A DNA stretch of 63,802 bases, counting the filler, from Lenisia limosa (taxonomy: Eukaryota; Protista; Breviatea), in assembly GCA_001655205.1 (NCBI GenBank). It is 16 parts of 16 records of this genome, joined end to end, with 100 filler letters (N's around TTAATTAATTAA, not from the genome) between each part and the next. Parts side by side here need not be neighbours in the genome. Positions count along the whole stretch, not along the records: positions 1 to 19,853 come from LPNZ01009605.1; positions 19,954 to 21,963 come from LPNZ01004425.1; positions 22,064 to 26,138 come from LPNZ01007643.1; positions 26,239 to 29,752 come from LPNZ01011578.1; 12 more parts are not named here. One strand, given 5' to 3'. Position 1 is the first letter of the stretch, and the number at the start of each line of letters is the position of its first letter. The notes beneath the pieces were generated by a model that ran no database searches, was not told the origin of the DNA, and saw only the letters and a program-made list of their open reading frames with translations. The translations under genes and the position numbers were made by a program. Of this stretch, positions 11,857 to 26,567 are shown one piece after another.

Positions 11857-14800
11857 ATGCAGGCTTCCTACGATCCTTTTGGTTGGTCATTTTGTGCTTC
11901 TGAGAGTACTAACGTTGTTTTTTTTAGGAGCTGGAAACAATACTGAGCAGGATGATAGAGAAATTGACATGAAGCTGGAAGAAGTTCATGAAGCAGCTGT
12001 GAAGGTTGACCACTTTGTTGTTGGAGACAAGCTTCCTGTGGTGTCAACAGAAAACAAAGAAAAGCTTGGCAAGCTTGAAAAAGTCATTCACAAGGTGTTC
12101 TCCATGGCCGGCACTGTTGTTCGTCTCAAAATCCCCTCAGCTAATGGAAAGACTAAGGGGTTTGCAGTTGCTTTTGTGTTTTGGTCTTATGATTCTTCAG
12201 TTTTGCCTTTGTTGAGTACTCTGATGCCGCTGGAGCACGTAAGGCTACCCAAAACATCAATGGTGGGTACTAACATGATCAAAACTAGTGTCTAATTTCC
12301 TAGGATATAAGCTCGATTCTAAACACAAGTTTGAGGTCTACTCCTTCTCTGAATATGAGTTCCAACGCACAGTTAATGACGAGTACGTCCCTCCCACCGA
12401 CGACGAGCACACTGCTAGCGAGAACCTTCGCGAATGGCTTCATGATGAGGACTTCCGTGATCAGGTTGGGGGTGAAGTTAGTCTTGCTTGGTGACTTTAT
12501 TTGGCGAAATAAAGCTATTATATTAAAGCCTGTTTTTTAAAATACGCGCTATGAAACTGCACCTTTATTCTCGTTTGATTCATATTCTCATCATATCAGT
12601 TTGCTCTTCGCTTCGATGAGTCTGTTTCCATGCATTGGATGGATGCCCATAGCAGCCCTAAGGACTCCCTTGTTGCCTCCAAGGTTCGTTTTTTTTTTTT
12701 TTTTTNNNNNNNNNNNNNNNNNNNNNNNNNNNNNNNNNNNNNNNNNNNNNNNNNNNNNNNNNNNNNNNNNNNNNNCCAGGAAGGATGGTCGGACAGCTAC
12801 ATCAAATTCTCTCCTCAAGGTATGCGTTCATAAGCTCTCTGGGAAGCATACTCCCCGTGCCGTTGACTTTCTCGTTGTCTTACTGAGCTCATAAGATGGC
12901 ATGCTTTTTTTTTTTATTCACGTGATAGGAAGCTACTTCGCCACCTTCCACGGACAGGGTATCGCTCTCTGGGGCTCATCTTCATGGGTGAAAATCATCC
13001 GCTTCCAACACAATAATGTTGAGCTTATTGACTTCTCTCCTTGTGAACGCTATTTGGTGACTTACGCGCGTACCAACGAGACCGCCGAATCCCCCCAATC
13101 TGTCAAGATCTGGGATATCAGGTGAGTACGAAGCCCCTTTCAATTGTCTGATGTTCTTACTTGTTTAGAACCGGACAGATGCTTCGCGCCTTCCACGCTC
13201 CCCCTCTTACCAAGGAAAAGGTTAGTGATAATGCAAATGATTGAGTGAATTCATATGATACTCTCATTCAATATAAGTATGATGGTGTGGACGGCGGCCA
13301 GAGACTTACTGCCTTGTTTTGTTTTGACATCACAGCAACCTGCCTGGCCCCACTTTCAGTGGTCTTTCAACGGAGACTACCTTGCTCGCATTGGTATGCG
13401 TTTTGATTCTTTTTCTGGGAACTTGATATAAAAAAAACCCCACAAAACCCACCATAACGCTTATCACTTTCATTTATTAATTAAATGAAACTTGGAGCTT
13501 CTCTCACTCCTCCTTCCAGCTCCTGATGGCGACAAGCTCCAGGTTTTTGCTTCAAAGGACGTGTCCCTTCTCAACCGCAAATCTTTCAAGGTGAGCTTGA
13601 TACAATCTCACGCCAAGTTCGAGATGATTTATTCTGACCAGTCCACTGCTTTGTGTCTTTACTTTTTAGGCCCTCGGTCTCGACTCGTTCAAGTTCTCTC
13701 CTACCAGTAACCATCTTTGCATTGCTACCAAGGAAATCAACGACAAACCTGCTCGTGTTGAGCTCCTTGCTCTTCCTTCTCTCGCTATCCTCACTAACAG
13801 AAATCTCTTCAATGTGTCCAGCGTATGTGGGGGTTAATCATGTTAATATGAAATATTAATGTTTTGTTTTTACTGATGATTTAGTCTGAGATTGTTTGGC
13901 ATCCAGACGGTACTTTTGTGGCACTCAAGGCCAACCGTTTCAAGAAGAAGAAGCAGTTCGTCAACATTGAGATCATCCGCATGACCAAGAAGAACTTCCC
14001 TATTGAGACTCTCGAGATCCTCGATGTCGTCCATGAGGTCTGACATCTAGTTGTTTAGTACTTCTTTCAAGTCACCACTGCTCTCCTTTGCCCCCTCTAT
14101 GTTCATCTAGCTAACTCCTTAGATGTCCTGGGAAGGCCAAGGAAATCGCTTCTCCGCCCTTGTTGGAGCCTCAACCCGCCCCAACGTGCATATCTACGAT
14201 GCCTCCAATGAAGATATCAAGCTCCTTAGTGCGCATTTTCTTGAGTTCTGTATTCTGTGCTTTGCTTGTGATTTACTTGTTTAACCCCATTCAGAGGTCC
14301 TTGAAGGAAAGGAATGCAATGCAGTCTTCTGGTCCCCCACTGGAAAGGTTCGTCGCATGCAATGTGCCTCCTTTTTCTCTAGGCCGGGTTGACCTTTTAG
14401 TTCTGCGTTCTCGCTGCCGTCAAGACCGGCAACCTCGAGTTCTTCAATGCCGACGAGCTCGAAACCGTTGCCTCCGAAGAGCACAGTATGCTGTCGTTTT
14501 CGGTCTTTTATGCATACCTGTCTGTCTCTGNNNNNNNNNNNNNNNNNNNNNNNNNNNNNNNNNNNNNNNNNNNNNNNNNNNNNNNNNNNNNNNNNNNNNN
14601 NNNNNNNNNNNNNNNNNNNNNNNNNNNNNNNNNNNNNNNNNNNNNNNNNNNNNNNNNNNNNNNNNNNNNNNNNNNNNNNNNNNNNNNNNNNNNNNNNNNN
14701 NNNNNNNNNNNNNNNNNNNNNNNNNNTGGTCGGCGTGCGGTGATCAGCTCCATGTCGAGAACAGAGACCGTCTCTACCAGTTCGTTTGGCGTCCTCGCCC

Positions 14801-15417
14801 CAGATCTCTCCTCACTCAAAAACAAATCAAAGTGAGTCTTGCTATCTTGTACAGTTTTTTTTTAGATTTGATAAATGCTTTGGTAATATTTGACACCTTC
14901 TATTCGCACATATTCATTCACGTTTTACTCCCCCCCCCCCCCNNNNNNNNNNNNNNNNNNNNNNNNNNNNNNNNNNNNNNNNNNNNNNNNNNNNNNNNNN
15001 NNNNNNNNNNNNNNNNNNNNNNNNNNNNNNNNNNNNNNNNNTGCCGACGACCTCCGTTCAGAGTCTCATCTCTCGGGTGTTGCTACCAAGAGGCGCGAGG
15101 TATGTCGCATCTGCATTCTTTAGTTCTTGGCCAATTGAATTCTACCGAATTGTCTGCATGGTTTGACCGTCCAGCTCCGCGAGGAATTCATGAAGTTCTA
15201 CCTGGGCCGTCTGGAGGAAAAGAAACAAGCCGACGAGGCCTTCGTCAATATGCGTGGTTTGTGGTTTTCCTTTTGAAGACTGTATTTTTGAAGTGTTGAA
15301 TCTGGCATTTGTCACAGTTTAGGCGGCGTGTCTTACGGCAACGAGGGTGACTATGTGGACTGGGAGACTGTTGTTGAAGAAGTCATCTCCGTCGTTGAAG
15401 AGCCCTACAAACTCTAG
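11857..15417 (+). CDS. EIF3B: Eukaryotic translation initiation factor 3 subunit B (Prt1), ~19 introns, several N gaps
   Basis: MQASYDPF start. RRM VVGDKLPVVSTENKEKLGKLEKVIHKVF...TKGFAFVEY...NGYKLDSKHKF; ENLREWLHDEDFRDQ; WD propeller SYIKFSPQG/SYFATFHGQGIALWG/IDFSPCERYLVTY; QFVWRPRPRSLL; C-terminal WETVVEEVISVVEEPYKL with stop at 15415-15417. Confidence 0.96.
13273..13325 (+). repeat. Dispersed intronic repeat family E copy, just upstream of an eIF3b acceptor (CACAG 13331-13335)
   Basis: GATGGTGTGGACGGC..GGCCAGA...CCTTGTTTTGTTTT matches the copies at 25790-25870 (-) and 33730-33785 (+). Confidence 0.65.
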
Positions 15418-15727
15418 AACTTCTGCTAATGTAAAACAAACTCTGTCCAACACAGGAATTTTTTTATGTTTTCCATAATATTGCGCATTGACCATGGGCT
15501 TGTGGGTAGTAGGAGGTGGATTGTGCTGGGTTTGTGGCTCGGGGGGTAGTTTTTAGCACGGCTTTTCAAAGGGTTGTGCATGTACTTGAGATCACTTAGA
15601 TCTCACTTATTTAATTTTTTTCGGGGAGTTTTCCTGTTTGCTGCGTTCTTCCAAACGGTATGTTGTTATTTGTTGATGAATGACATTGGTGTAGAAATTC
15701 TTCTCCCATTAATCCCAGCAGGTTACA

Positions 15728-19155
<3,428 letters not shown>

Positions 19156-19320
19156 AGCCCATAGTCTGCATCTGATCTATTGTTATATAGGTATTGTTTC
19201 TCATCCCCACATGAAGGAAAGATGTCATATATTAGTAGACTCTAGTATCCTAAATAGTCTAAAGGGTGTCGTAGCCATTCCTAGATTTTCCGGTGGGGGT
19301 GTTGTTGACGGAGTCTGAGG

Positions 19321-19800
19321 TCAACTCACGGCTGCCGCCACGTTCAGTGCTGGAAGGTCAAACTTGTAAAAGCAAAAGATAAATAATCGATATTCTGAAG
19401 AAAACGTTTCATGAGAACCTGACGGAGCAGACCTGTAAGCCCATTTGGTGCTACTTCTCTTATAGAAGAAAACGCCAGTAGCGGCAGCAGCGCCGACAAA
19501 GATGAATGCAAAGATCCAAACCACAGTGGTGGAGCCATGCTTGTCTTCATGGTGGTGAACGGGGACCATGAAGTAGCGGGAGGCAGCCTGAGCGGTCAGC
19601 GGTTGAAACATTGGCAACGAAAAGACAACAAAACAACTACAAGGCACGCTTACAATGGAGGTCTGCGGGTTGACGAACATAGGGTTGACGTCGTTGACAA
19701 TGAACACAACGGGTGGCTCATCTTCAGTCGGCTCGTACTCGGCTGCTGAGTTAGACATGCAACACTGCACACAACTTATGAATAATGGCATGGTATACTG
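19321..19800 (-). CDS. C-terminal part of an uncharacterised single-pass (type I) membrane protein; 5' end lost at the scaffold edge
   Basis: ORF gives ...HHHEDKHGSTT-VVWIFAFIFVGAAAATGVFFY-KRSSTKWAYR (TM followed by a basic stop-transfer segment), with a probable intron at ~19600-19660. Confidence 0.55.
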   Translation of the reverse strand, partial: QYTMPLFISCVQCCMSNSAAEYEPTEDEPPVVFIVNDVNPMFVNPQTSIVSVPCSCFVVFSLPMFQPLTAQAASRYFMVPVHHHEDKHGSTTVVWIFAFIFVGAAAATGVFFYKRSSTKWAYRSAPSGSHETFSSEYRLFIFCFYKFDLPALNVAAAVS

Positions 19801-19853
19801 CACATAACTGTGATACTCGAATGGTCTTGAATGATGATTACATAGCAGACATT

Positions 19854-19953
19854 NNNNNNNNNNNNNNNNNNNNNNNNNNNNNNNNNNNNNNNNNNNNTTA
19901 ATTAATTAANNNNNNNNNNNNNNNNNNNNNNNNNNNNNNNNNNNNNNNNNNNN
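19854..19953. other. Artificial contig-joining spacer (44N-TTAATTAATTAA-44N); 15 in total
   Basis: The identical 12-mer, with stops in all six frames, starts at 19898, 22008, 26183, 29797, 35362, 40726, 44049, 47227, 49513, 51432, 54931, 56301, 58282, 59484 and 62186, each inside N runs. Confidence 0.98.
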
Positions 19954-21576
19954 AGGAATAAAAGTCCAATAATCTATAGTAAAGTTCTTAAGAATAAACG
20001 TATACGCCTCCTAGCTTCCATTTCAACATTTCCGATTCAACCTTGGAGGATTTCTTCACTTCCCTCAACCTACCGATTGCAGCTCCGTGGAGATTGTTGA
20101 CATCGATGCCATTCTTGGCTCTTTAAGTGAAATACACTCTAATCTCCTTGTTTCAGGGGTAGAAGAGACGAGAAGAGGCTTAAGCTTGTGGACTGTAGGT
20201 AAAAAAAGCACGTGGTGACGGTTTTCTTCCCTAAGCAAAAATTAAACAGTGTAAATATGAAGTATGAGAGAAAGAGGCGGCGTCTCCAACTCCAGCATGA
20301 CTCCAGGAGAATTTCGTATATCAAATAGCCGGGCTGGGTGCGCGCTTTCTGCTACAATTTTTTTCGGAAAACTGCCTTCCTAGATTGATTTGGGTTAAGT
20401 ACTGTGTAGATTGATTCATAAAAGCAACTTTATTTTTGAAAAGCACGATGGGTGGAACAATAAACTTTCAGAACCTGTATGGTAATGATTATGGAAAGAC
20501 TAGAACATCCCAACAGCAGCAAGGTCGGAAATGGCGCTTTAAATATTTCCCTCTTTCATATCTTTCATTCTGCTGCTTTTCTTCTCTTCTCTAACTCCTT
20601 GTTTTAGGATTTGGAAGATTAAGAACCCTTGGAGGCAATCGTAAGACCGCAACAGGCCTCCCCACGTCCACACCGCTCAATCCAGTCCAACTTCGATCAC
20701 TTAAAGCCGAAAGCTCAACCGAACAAACCACTCCCACCACTGGGGAGAAGAGAGTCATCAATCCTGGTGCTGCCCCTGTTATTGTTCCGGTTTGCTGGTA
20801 TGGCACTAGCGGGGCTTGGAATGATCTTGATGTTGGTATTGAACTGCCAAATTGATAAAAATTCGTTCGTGATATTCACCTTTTCTTGTGACCCGTTTAC
20901 TCCATGGAAATCGAATAAATAGTATGACAGTTCATTATTTTACCAAAAAAACCAATTGTGAATTCTTGTGCCTTTTGAACTCTTTTACGTTCGTTCGCGT
21001 TGCAATATATTGAGTACACAACGAGCTTCGACTTGCTATTCTTATGGAAACGTTGCGAGTCCCTTATTAACATAGAAATTCCATATAATTATTTGTATTT
21101 CTGAAGAATTTATGGGGTTTCCAAATACTACAAGGGAATCAAGTCGATTCGCCGTGAAATGCATGTGCATGATATGCACCTTTTATGGGTGCCTAGTGCT
21201 TCACTCCAGTACTCTGCAATTAATTGTGAAGCAACCAACACTACTTCGATATTTATTTCTTGTATGATTAATGTTTCGCCCTTAATAAGTATATTTGAAA
21301 TGTTCTCACTCCCCCCCCCCCCCCCCNNNNNNNNNNNNNNNNNNNNNNNNNNNNNNNNNNNNNNNNNNNNNNNNNNNNNNNNNNNNNNNNNNNNNNNNNN
21401 NNNNNNNNNNNNNNNNNNNNNNNNNNNNNNNNNNNNNNNNNNNNNNNNNCGCTCCCGTCTTGCCGAAATCGTCCTGGGGCAAGAAGTCCTCTCTGCAATC
21501 CGACTTCCCGTCCCTGCCTTCGGATATGCCCGTCCAGAGCGACGAACCCAAAAGTGGCAGGGTTTATGGTAACTTT

Positions 21577-21760
21577 ATTTTCGGTTCCAAAAAGACTGAA
21601 TTCTGGATAAATCCTCTATTAATCCTTGATAAATCCTTGAAATTTTACATGAAAAAGGCTTCTCAGTGTATACTATCTGAAAAGCCCAAAAAAGACCGAA
21701 TTCCGATAAATCCTCGAAAACAATCGATATTTTACATGCCTTTTGGAACCGAAGGTGACG
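21577..21760. mobile_element. Two adjacent partial MITE family A copies
   Basis: TTCGGTTCCAAAAAGACTGAATTCTGGATAAATCC... followed by AAAAAAGACCGAATTCCGATAAATCCTCGAAAACAATCGATATTTTAC...TTGGAACCGAAG. Confidence 0.7.
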
Positions 21761-23354
21761 TTCTAGTTTAAGACCTTGTGGTTGTGAATAGGGTTTATCG
21801 TCATATGCTACTCCACACATATAGAATCCGATTTCCCTTTCGAAAGCGTTAAATGTTCACCACCCCCCTCCCCCTGCTCAGAATCTTCATTAGTGCCATA
21901 TGCCAACAGAGTTGGATTTTGGGCTTTTTTTTTTCTCATAAATTTTCCAATTATGGGATGCAGNNNNNNNNNNNNNNNNNNNNNNNNNNNNNNNNNNNNN
22001 NNNNNNNTTAATTAATTAANNNNNNNNNNNNNNNNNNNNNNNNNNNNNNNNNNNNNNNNNNNNGGAGGCTCTAAACACAATACTGCTGATTCTTAAGGAG
22101 ATAAGAAACCTTGGAGTAGACCTTATCAATTTCTAGTTTCTAACTCACAAACTAATTCTCATACATATATAGTATATATAATGTATGTAATATGTATGAT
22201 ACATATATATATGACTAATATATATTACTATGATATTGCTACCTTTAATATGTGCGACAGAATCAGGTAAATGAAACAAAATTTCTGAATACTATACTCT
22301 AATGATATAACTATACATGTTTTTTCCTGAATCTTTANNNNNNNNNNNNNNNNNNNNNNNNNNNNNNNNNNNNNNNNNNNNNNNNNNNNNNNNNNNNNNN
22401 NNNNNNNNNNNNNNNNNNNNNNNNNNNNNNNNNNNNNNNNNNNNNNNNNNNNNNNNNNNNNNNNNNNNNNNNNNNNNNNNNNNNNNNNNNNNNNNNNNNN
22501 NNNAACTATCGAAATTTTTTGAGGATTTTTCGAGACATTCAGTCTTTTTTTGAACTGAAGTGAAGCCCAATAGAGGGGTAGAGCACATCCAACTTGACTT
22601 TGGGTGGGGGTAACGTACTATAGCGATATAGTATAATAGTATACTATATTGTATTACTTTCAAACGTATGGGAAAAAGCATATAACTCAAGCGAAGTATT
22701 TTGTAATACGATTGGTACGAAAGCAAATATGTGCTGTTTTCTAATCGAAAGCATATATAGTGCGCCCGTGATAAGTGAGCGATTTTCCTTAGGAAATAAC
22801 ATAGTAAATTGGTCAAGACTTATTATCCTGCTCACGGTATTTTCAAATCGAAAACATCTAATTCGATTCAGAAAAGGTAGTACCGTCCCTGAAGTCCACC
22901 TCCCCCTCAACATGTAACATGTTGAAGACAATGTCATGAAGATGTATGTTTATGTATTAATGTGTGTATTGTTAATATTTGATAATTTATAAGTTTTGAC
23001 CCTCAGGTGCAGACCATTTATGAGAGAAGGAAACACAATTAAAATCAAGCTTATTTTTTGCACATAGAAATAATGAAATCATGAGAAGTGATCCCATCTC
23101 ATCAACACAATCATCACACAGCAAAATTACATCATAGCATATGCTGTTGCACAGAAACCTCTTTGCGATATCGTCGTTTTTGAAGTGTGGTAATGTGATG
23201 AGATTTACACTTGTATCCGATCGTCCACAACTGAATCTAAATTTACCACCGAGAAAATTCAAAGCATGTTATTTGTTGGGGTTATATTGACGAATTTTTT
23301 ATTTGATATTTGTACACAGACACATGTATTACATAATATATTAATTCCTGGGAG

Positions 23355-25249
23355 TTATATTGACGAAGCCCCCAATTCTGACGATGGTATGGATCCACCA
23401 AGGCCTGCAAAGGTGTAACGAAAAGTCCATTGAATAAAAAGTTAAAATTGATCTTTTCCACCACATCCTTTTTACAGAACCAGTAATAGAATTTTTTAAA
23501 AGTTATTTGTTTACAGAAGCTATATGGTAGGGAAGAACAGTTTTTCTTTCAGGCAAGCTCATGTGAAGAAAAAGCATGCGTTCATATCATAAAACAGTCT
23601 TATATGTATATTATATGTACTATGTACATATCATACCAATAGAGGTCAAAATCATACTTTCATACAATAGAGATTGAACAATAAGAAAACGGCAGAAGAA
23701 AACAACGGAACACTAAGTGAAAATTGGATAAATGTGGAAAAATGGAGGAACTATGAGGGGCAGAAATATAACCACTGTTTTGGTATATACTGGATACACT
23801 GAGAGTGATAAGTCCCGACACGGATATTGAGCTTTATCTTTAGTTGATCGTGTCAGGATATCAGTGTATTGATTTTTCCAAAACTGACTAGACTTACATA
23901 TCATATAGGTTATGATATGATTGATTTAATATTTTTTTATAAAAGACAAAATACCCACACACCTTCACCAGGAGTGGTCGTACCTGCAACCGGTGTTTGC
24001 GCGGCTGTGATTGTTGACCCTGTATCTCCGGTCGAAAAATGAAAAGCCATCCAAATTACAACCACGATTGCCATAACAGCAAACATAACCTGGGGGGTAG
24101 TGAAGGGGTGTGGAAAATTGGAAAATTTATGAAACAACAACAAATAAAAAGAAGCCAAAATCAACTCTGTTGGCTGACAACACACGAGGATTGAAAACAA
24201 CAAAACTGCAGTCATTTCTGCGGCACAACATCCTATTCAGCGTTTGTAAAATTGGAAAATTTATGAAGCAAAAAACAATGATACCCCCCCACCTTGCACA
24301 TCAGCATAGTGTTTCCTGAAGCGACCATGTCATTCAACTTGCCCATTGTTGACCCCATAATATTGTTTGCGTCAAACCACTTGTTGTCCTAAGCCATAAG
24401 TGGAAAAAGTGGAGCAATACTAAATATAGTAGAGGAAAATTGTATTTCAGTTCAGTTCAGTTCGGTTCATTTCTTCTATTCAAGTTTCGTGGTAACCTAC
24501 CAATTTATCAAGCTCTATGTTGTGGTCATCTATCTCGTTTTTGATGTTGCCAGTTATCTGCAGAGGTGAAATTTAGTAACAGCAGGATTCTTCATTTCGA
24601 TTCAAAAGTCGGTCGCATGATCATATCCCAAGTGGATATGGGTTAACAAACTACCCTTCCATAATACCCAGGGCTTCCTTATGGCCCCAAAAGACTGAAT
24701 TTCTCGATAAATCCTTGATAAGTATCGAGATTTTACCAGTCTTTTTCGGACCGTAGTGAAGCCATATCATACCGATTTGAGGGTGGATATCTGCCCCGCT
24801 AAAAGTGCTTCTCGGTCCTCATTCTCTTTCTCAAACATGGCTGCAGAAATGAGAAATGAAAACCACCCCAAAATAGAATAGTAAAATACCTATTTACATA
24901 TTTAGGATTACAGAGATTATATTAGCGAAAAGATAAAACAAAACTATAAAAGAAAAAGAAGCAAGAACTTTAGAGATGAGAAAACAAAACAAGGTTGTAT
25001 CACCACGCTTATACGAGATATTTAATTAACATAATAATGGCATTGGATATATATGTAGTAAAGATGATGAAGATAAAGCCTCCCCCACTTCTGTTACAAG
25101 TCCTTTGGAAAATCTGAGTTAACTAACAGGGTAATCTATCTTCACTGCCACTCCCCCAGCCCATCATACCCGAGGCATTTTCAGCCATCTTCTTGTCTTC
25201 TCCTGAAAGCTTCTTTCGCTTCCCTCCAAAGAGGCTCTCACGTTTATTC
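23355..25249 (-). CDS. BET1: BET1-like Qc-SNARE with an extended luminal tail; 5' exon(s) unresolved
   Basis: Spliced exons: AMFEKENEDREALLAGQISTLKS|ITGNIKNEIDDHNIELDKL|DNKWFDANNIMGSTMGKLNDMVASGNTMLMCK|VMFAVMAIVVVIWMAFHF(TM)STGDT...PGE|GLGGSIPSSELGASSI* (TAA at 23355-23357). Confidence 0.8.
23797..23866. mobile_element. MITE family D (CACTGA...TCAGTG termini, TA on both flanks) in a BET1 intron
   Basis: TA|CACTGAGAGTGATAAGTCCCGACACGG...CGTGTCAGGATATCAGTG|TA; homologous to 34989-35062 (+) and 48185-48245 (reverse). Confidence 0.75.
24090..24206 (-). repeat. Intron 3'-end repeat family B copy forming the 3' half of a BET1 intron (24090-24292)
   Basis: GTTTTGTTGTTTTCAATCCTCGTGTGTTGTCAGCCAACAGAGTTGATTTTGG...TTTCATAAATTTTCCAATTTT...CCCCCCAG| directly precedes the TM exon. 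Confidence 0.85.
24670..24765. mobile_element. MITE family A copy in a BET1 intron
   Basis: AGGGCTTCCTTATGGCCCCAAAAGACTGAATTTCTCGATAAATCC...TTTTTCGGACCGTAGTGAAGCCA. Confidence 0.8.
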
Positions 25250-25789
25250 CTACATAAATGAAAAAGGTCACTATTAATGGACACCCTCAAGGTCTCAAAA
25301 GAACTGAAACTCTCGATAAATACCAATAATTTCATGGTTTTTTTTTTTATTCAAACGGATAAATTTGTTGCTTGTGAGAAATGCACAAAGTAAGGAGTAT
25401 TGAGCTTTTGTCATTACTCCCCTATGTCCCTTCCAACTTACTACTGCATGCGAGTACCCTAGACCCCCCACATATTAATGCTACTAAATACTTCAAGCTC
25501 TTGGCAGTAGAGATGCAGCTGGCTGTGGCTATACAGTGAATAGGGTAAACTCAATTAATTCGTGAAAAATATCTTTTGTAAAAAAACAAAAGAAAGTATA
25601 TTATATCATATACATTACTAATATTACTAATATTATGACAGTCTTTTTTACAAGAAACAAGGCTTCCCTTCGGCTCGAAAAAGACCGATAAAATAACGAT
25701 AGGTGTCGAAAATTTACCGAGTAATTCAGTCTTTTGTCGAGTCGAAATAACGTAGATATATAAGGCCTCCCTTTGGGTCCTCCCTAATA

Positions 25790-25870
25790 AGCAAAGAGAA
25801 ATAAAAAACAAGGTTGTATCTGGCCGAAGCCGTCCATACCATCACGCTTATAAGAGATATTGGATTATAG
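25790..25870 (-). repeat. Repeat family E, full-length copy
   Basis: The minus strand reads AATATCTCTTATAAGCGTGATGGTATGGACGGCTTCGGCCAGATACAACCTTGTTTTTTATTTCTCTTTGC, then TTATTAG. Confidence 0.8.
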
Positions 25871-26567
25871 TATANNNNNNNNNNNNNNNNNNNNNNNNNN
25901 NNNNNNNNNNNNNNNNNNNNNNNNNNCGCAAAAATAAAATATGTCCATCTATTCAAGGGCATTCAATTCCAATGTTGATGAGTGTTAATATGTCAATAAC
26001 AGTGCGTATTTTTGTTTTATGTTTGAGGCGACCTAATAGGACAAAACTAGGGAAATAGAAAAAAAATTGGAATTGGAATTGTATATTATAGCAATGAGAA
26101 ATAAAAATAAAGTTATATCTGACCAAAGCCGTCCACACNNNNNNNNNNNNNNNNNNNNNNNNNNNNNNNNNNNNNNNNNNNNTTAATTAATTAANNNNNN
26201 NNNNNNNNNNNNNNNNNNNNNNNNNNNNNNNNNNNNNNGCGGCGGGAGAGGGGGGGGGTCCTCTTTTTGGTCTCATAATCTGAGTTACTTCCCTCTTTTT
26301 CTTCAAATGTTCGTGCGGCGGGAGAGTGGTCCCTCTTATTTCCGTCTTTTTCTTCTATTATTTTGAGTTTTTTCCTCTCTTTTTTGACCGTGTAGGCGGA
26401 TTTAATAAGGCGAAGGGCCCTCTCCTTGTCAACCACCCCCCAATCCTCGCCCCAGCACACCCCCAGGCCAAATAAGGTAAGGCACCAACTGCCTTATAAG
26501 GCAGGTTCTCAAATAAACAATTGCATTTGTTAAAAATTTCCAATTTCCCCCACGTTCTTACATATTT

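Noticed and set aside
22987-23262. Minus-strand ORF with DVILLC...NKLD, resembling a small GTPase G4 region
   Set aside because: There is no P-loop or G3 motif, the spacing is too short, and it begins within ~100 nt of the BET1 stop; insufficient support.
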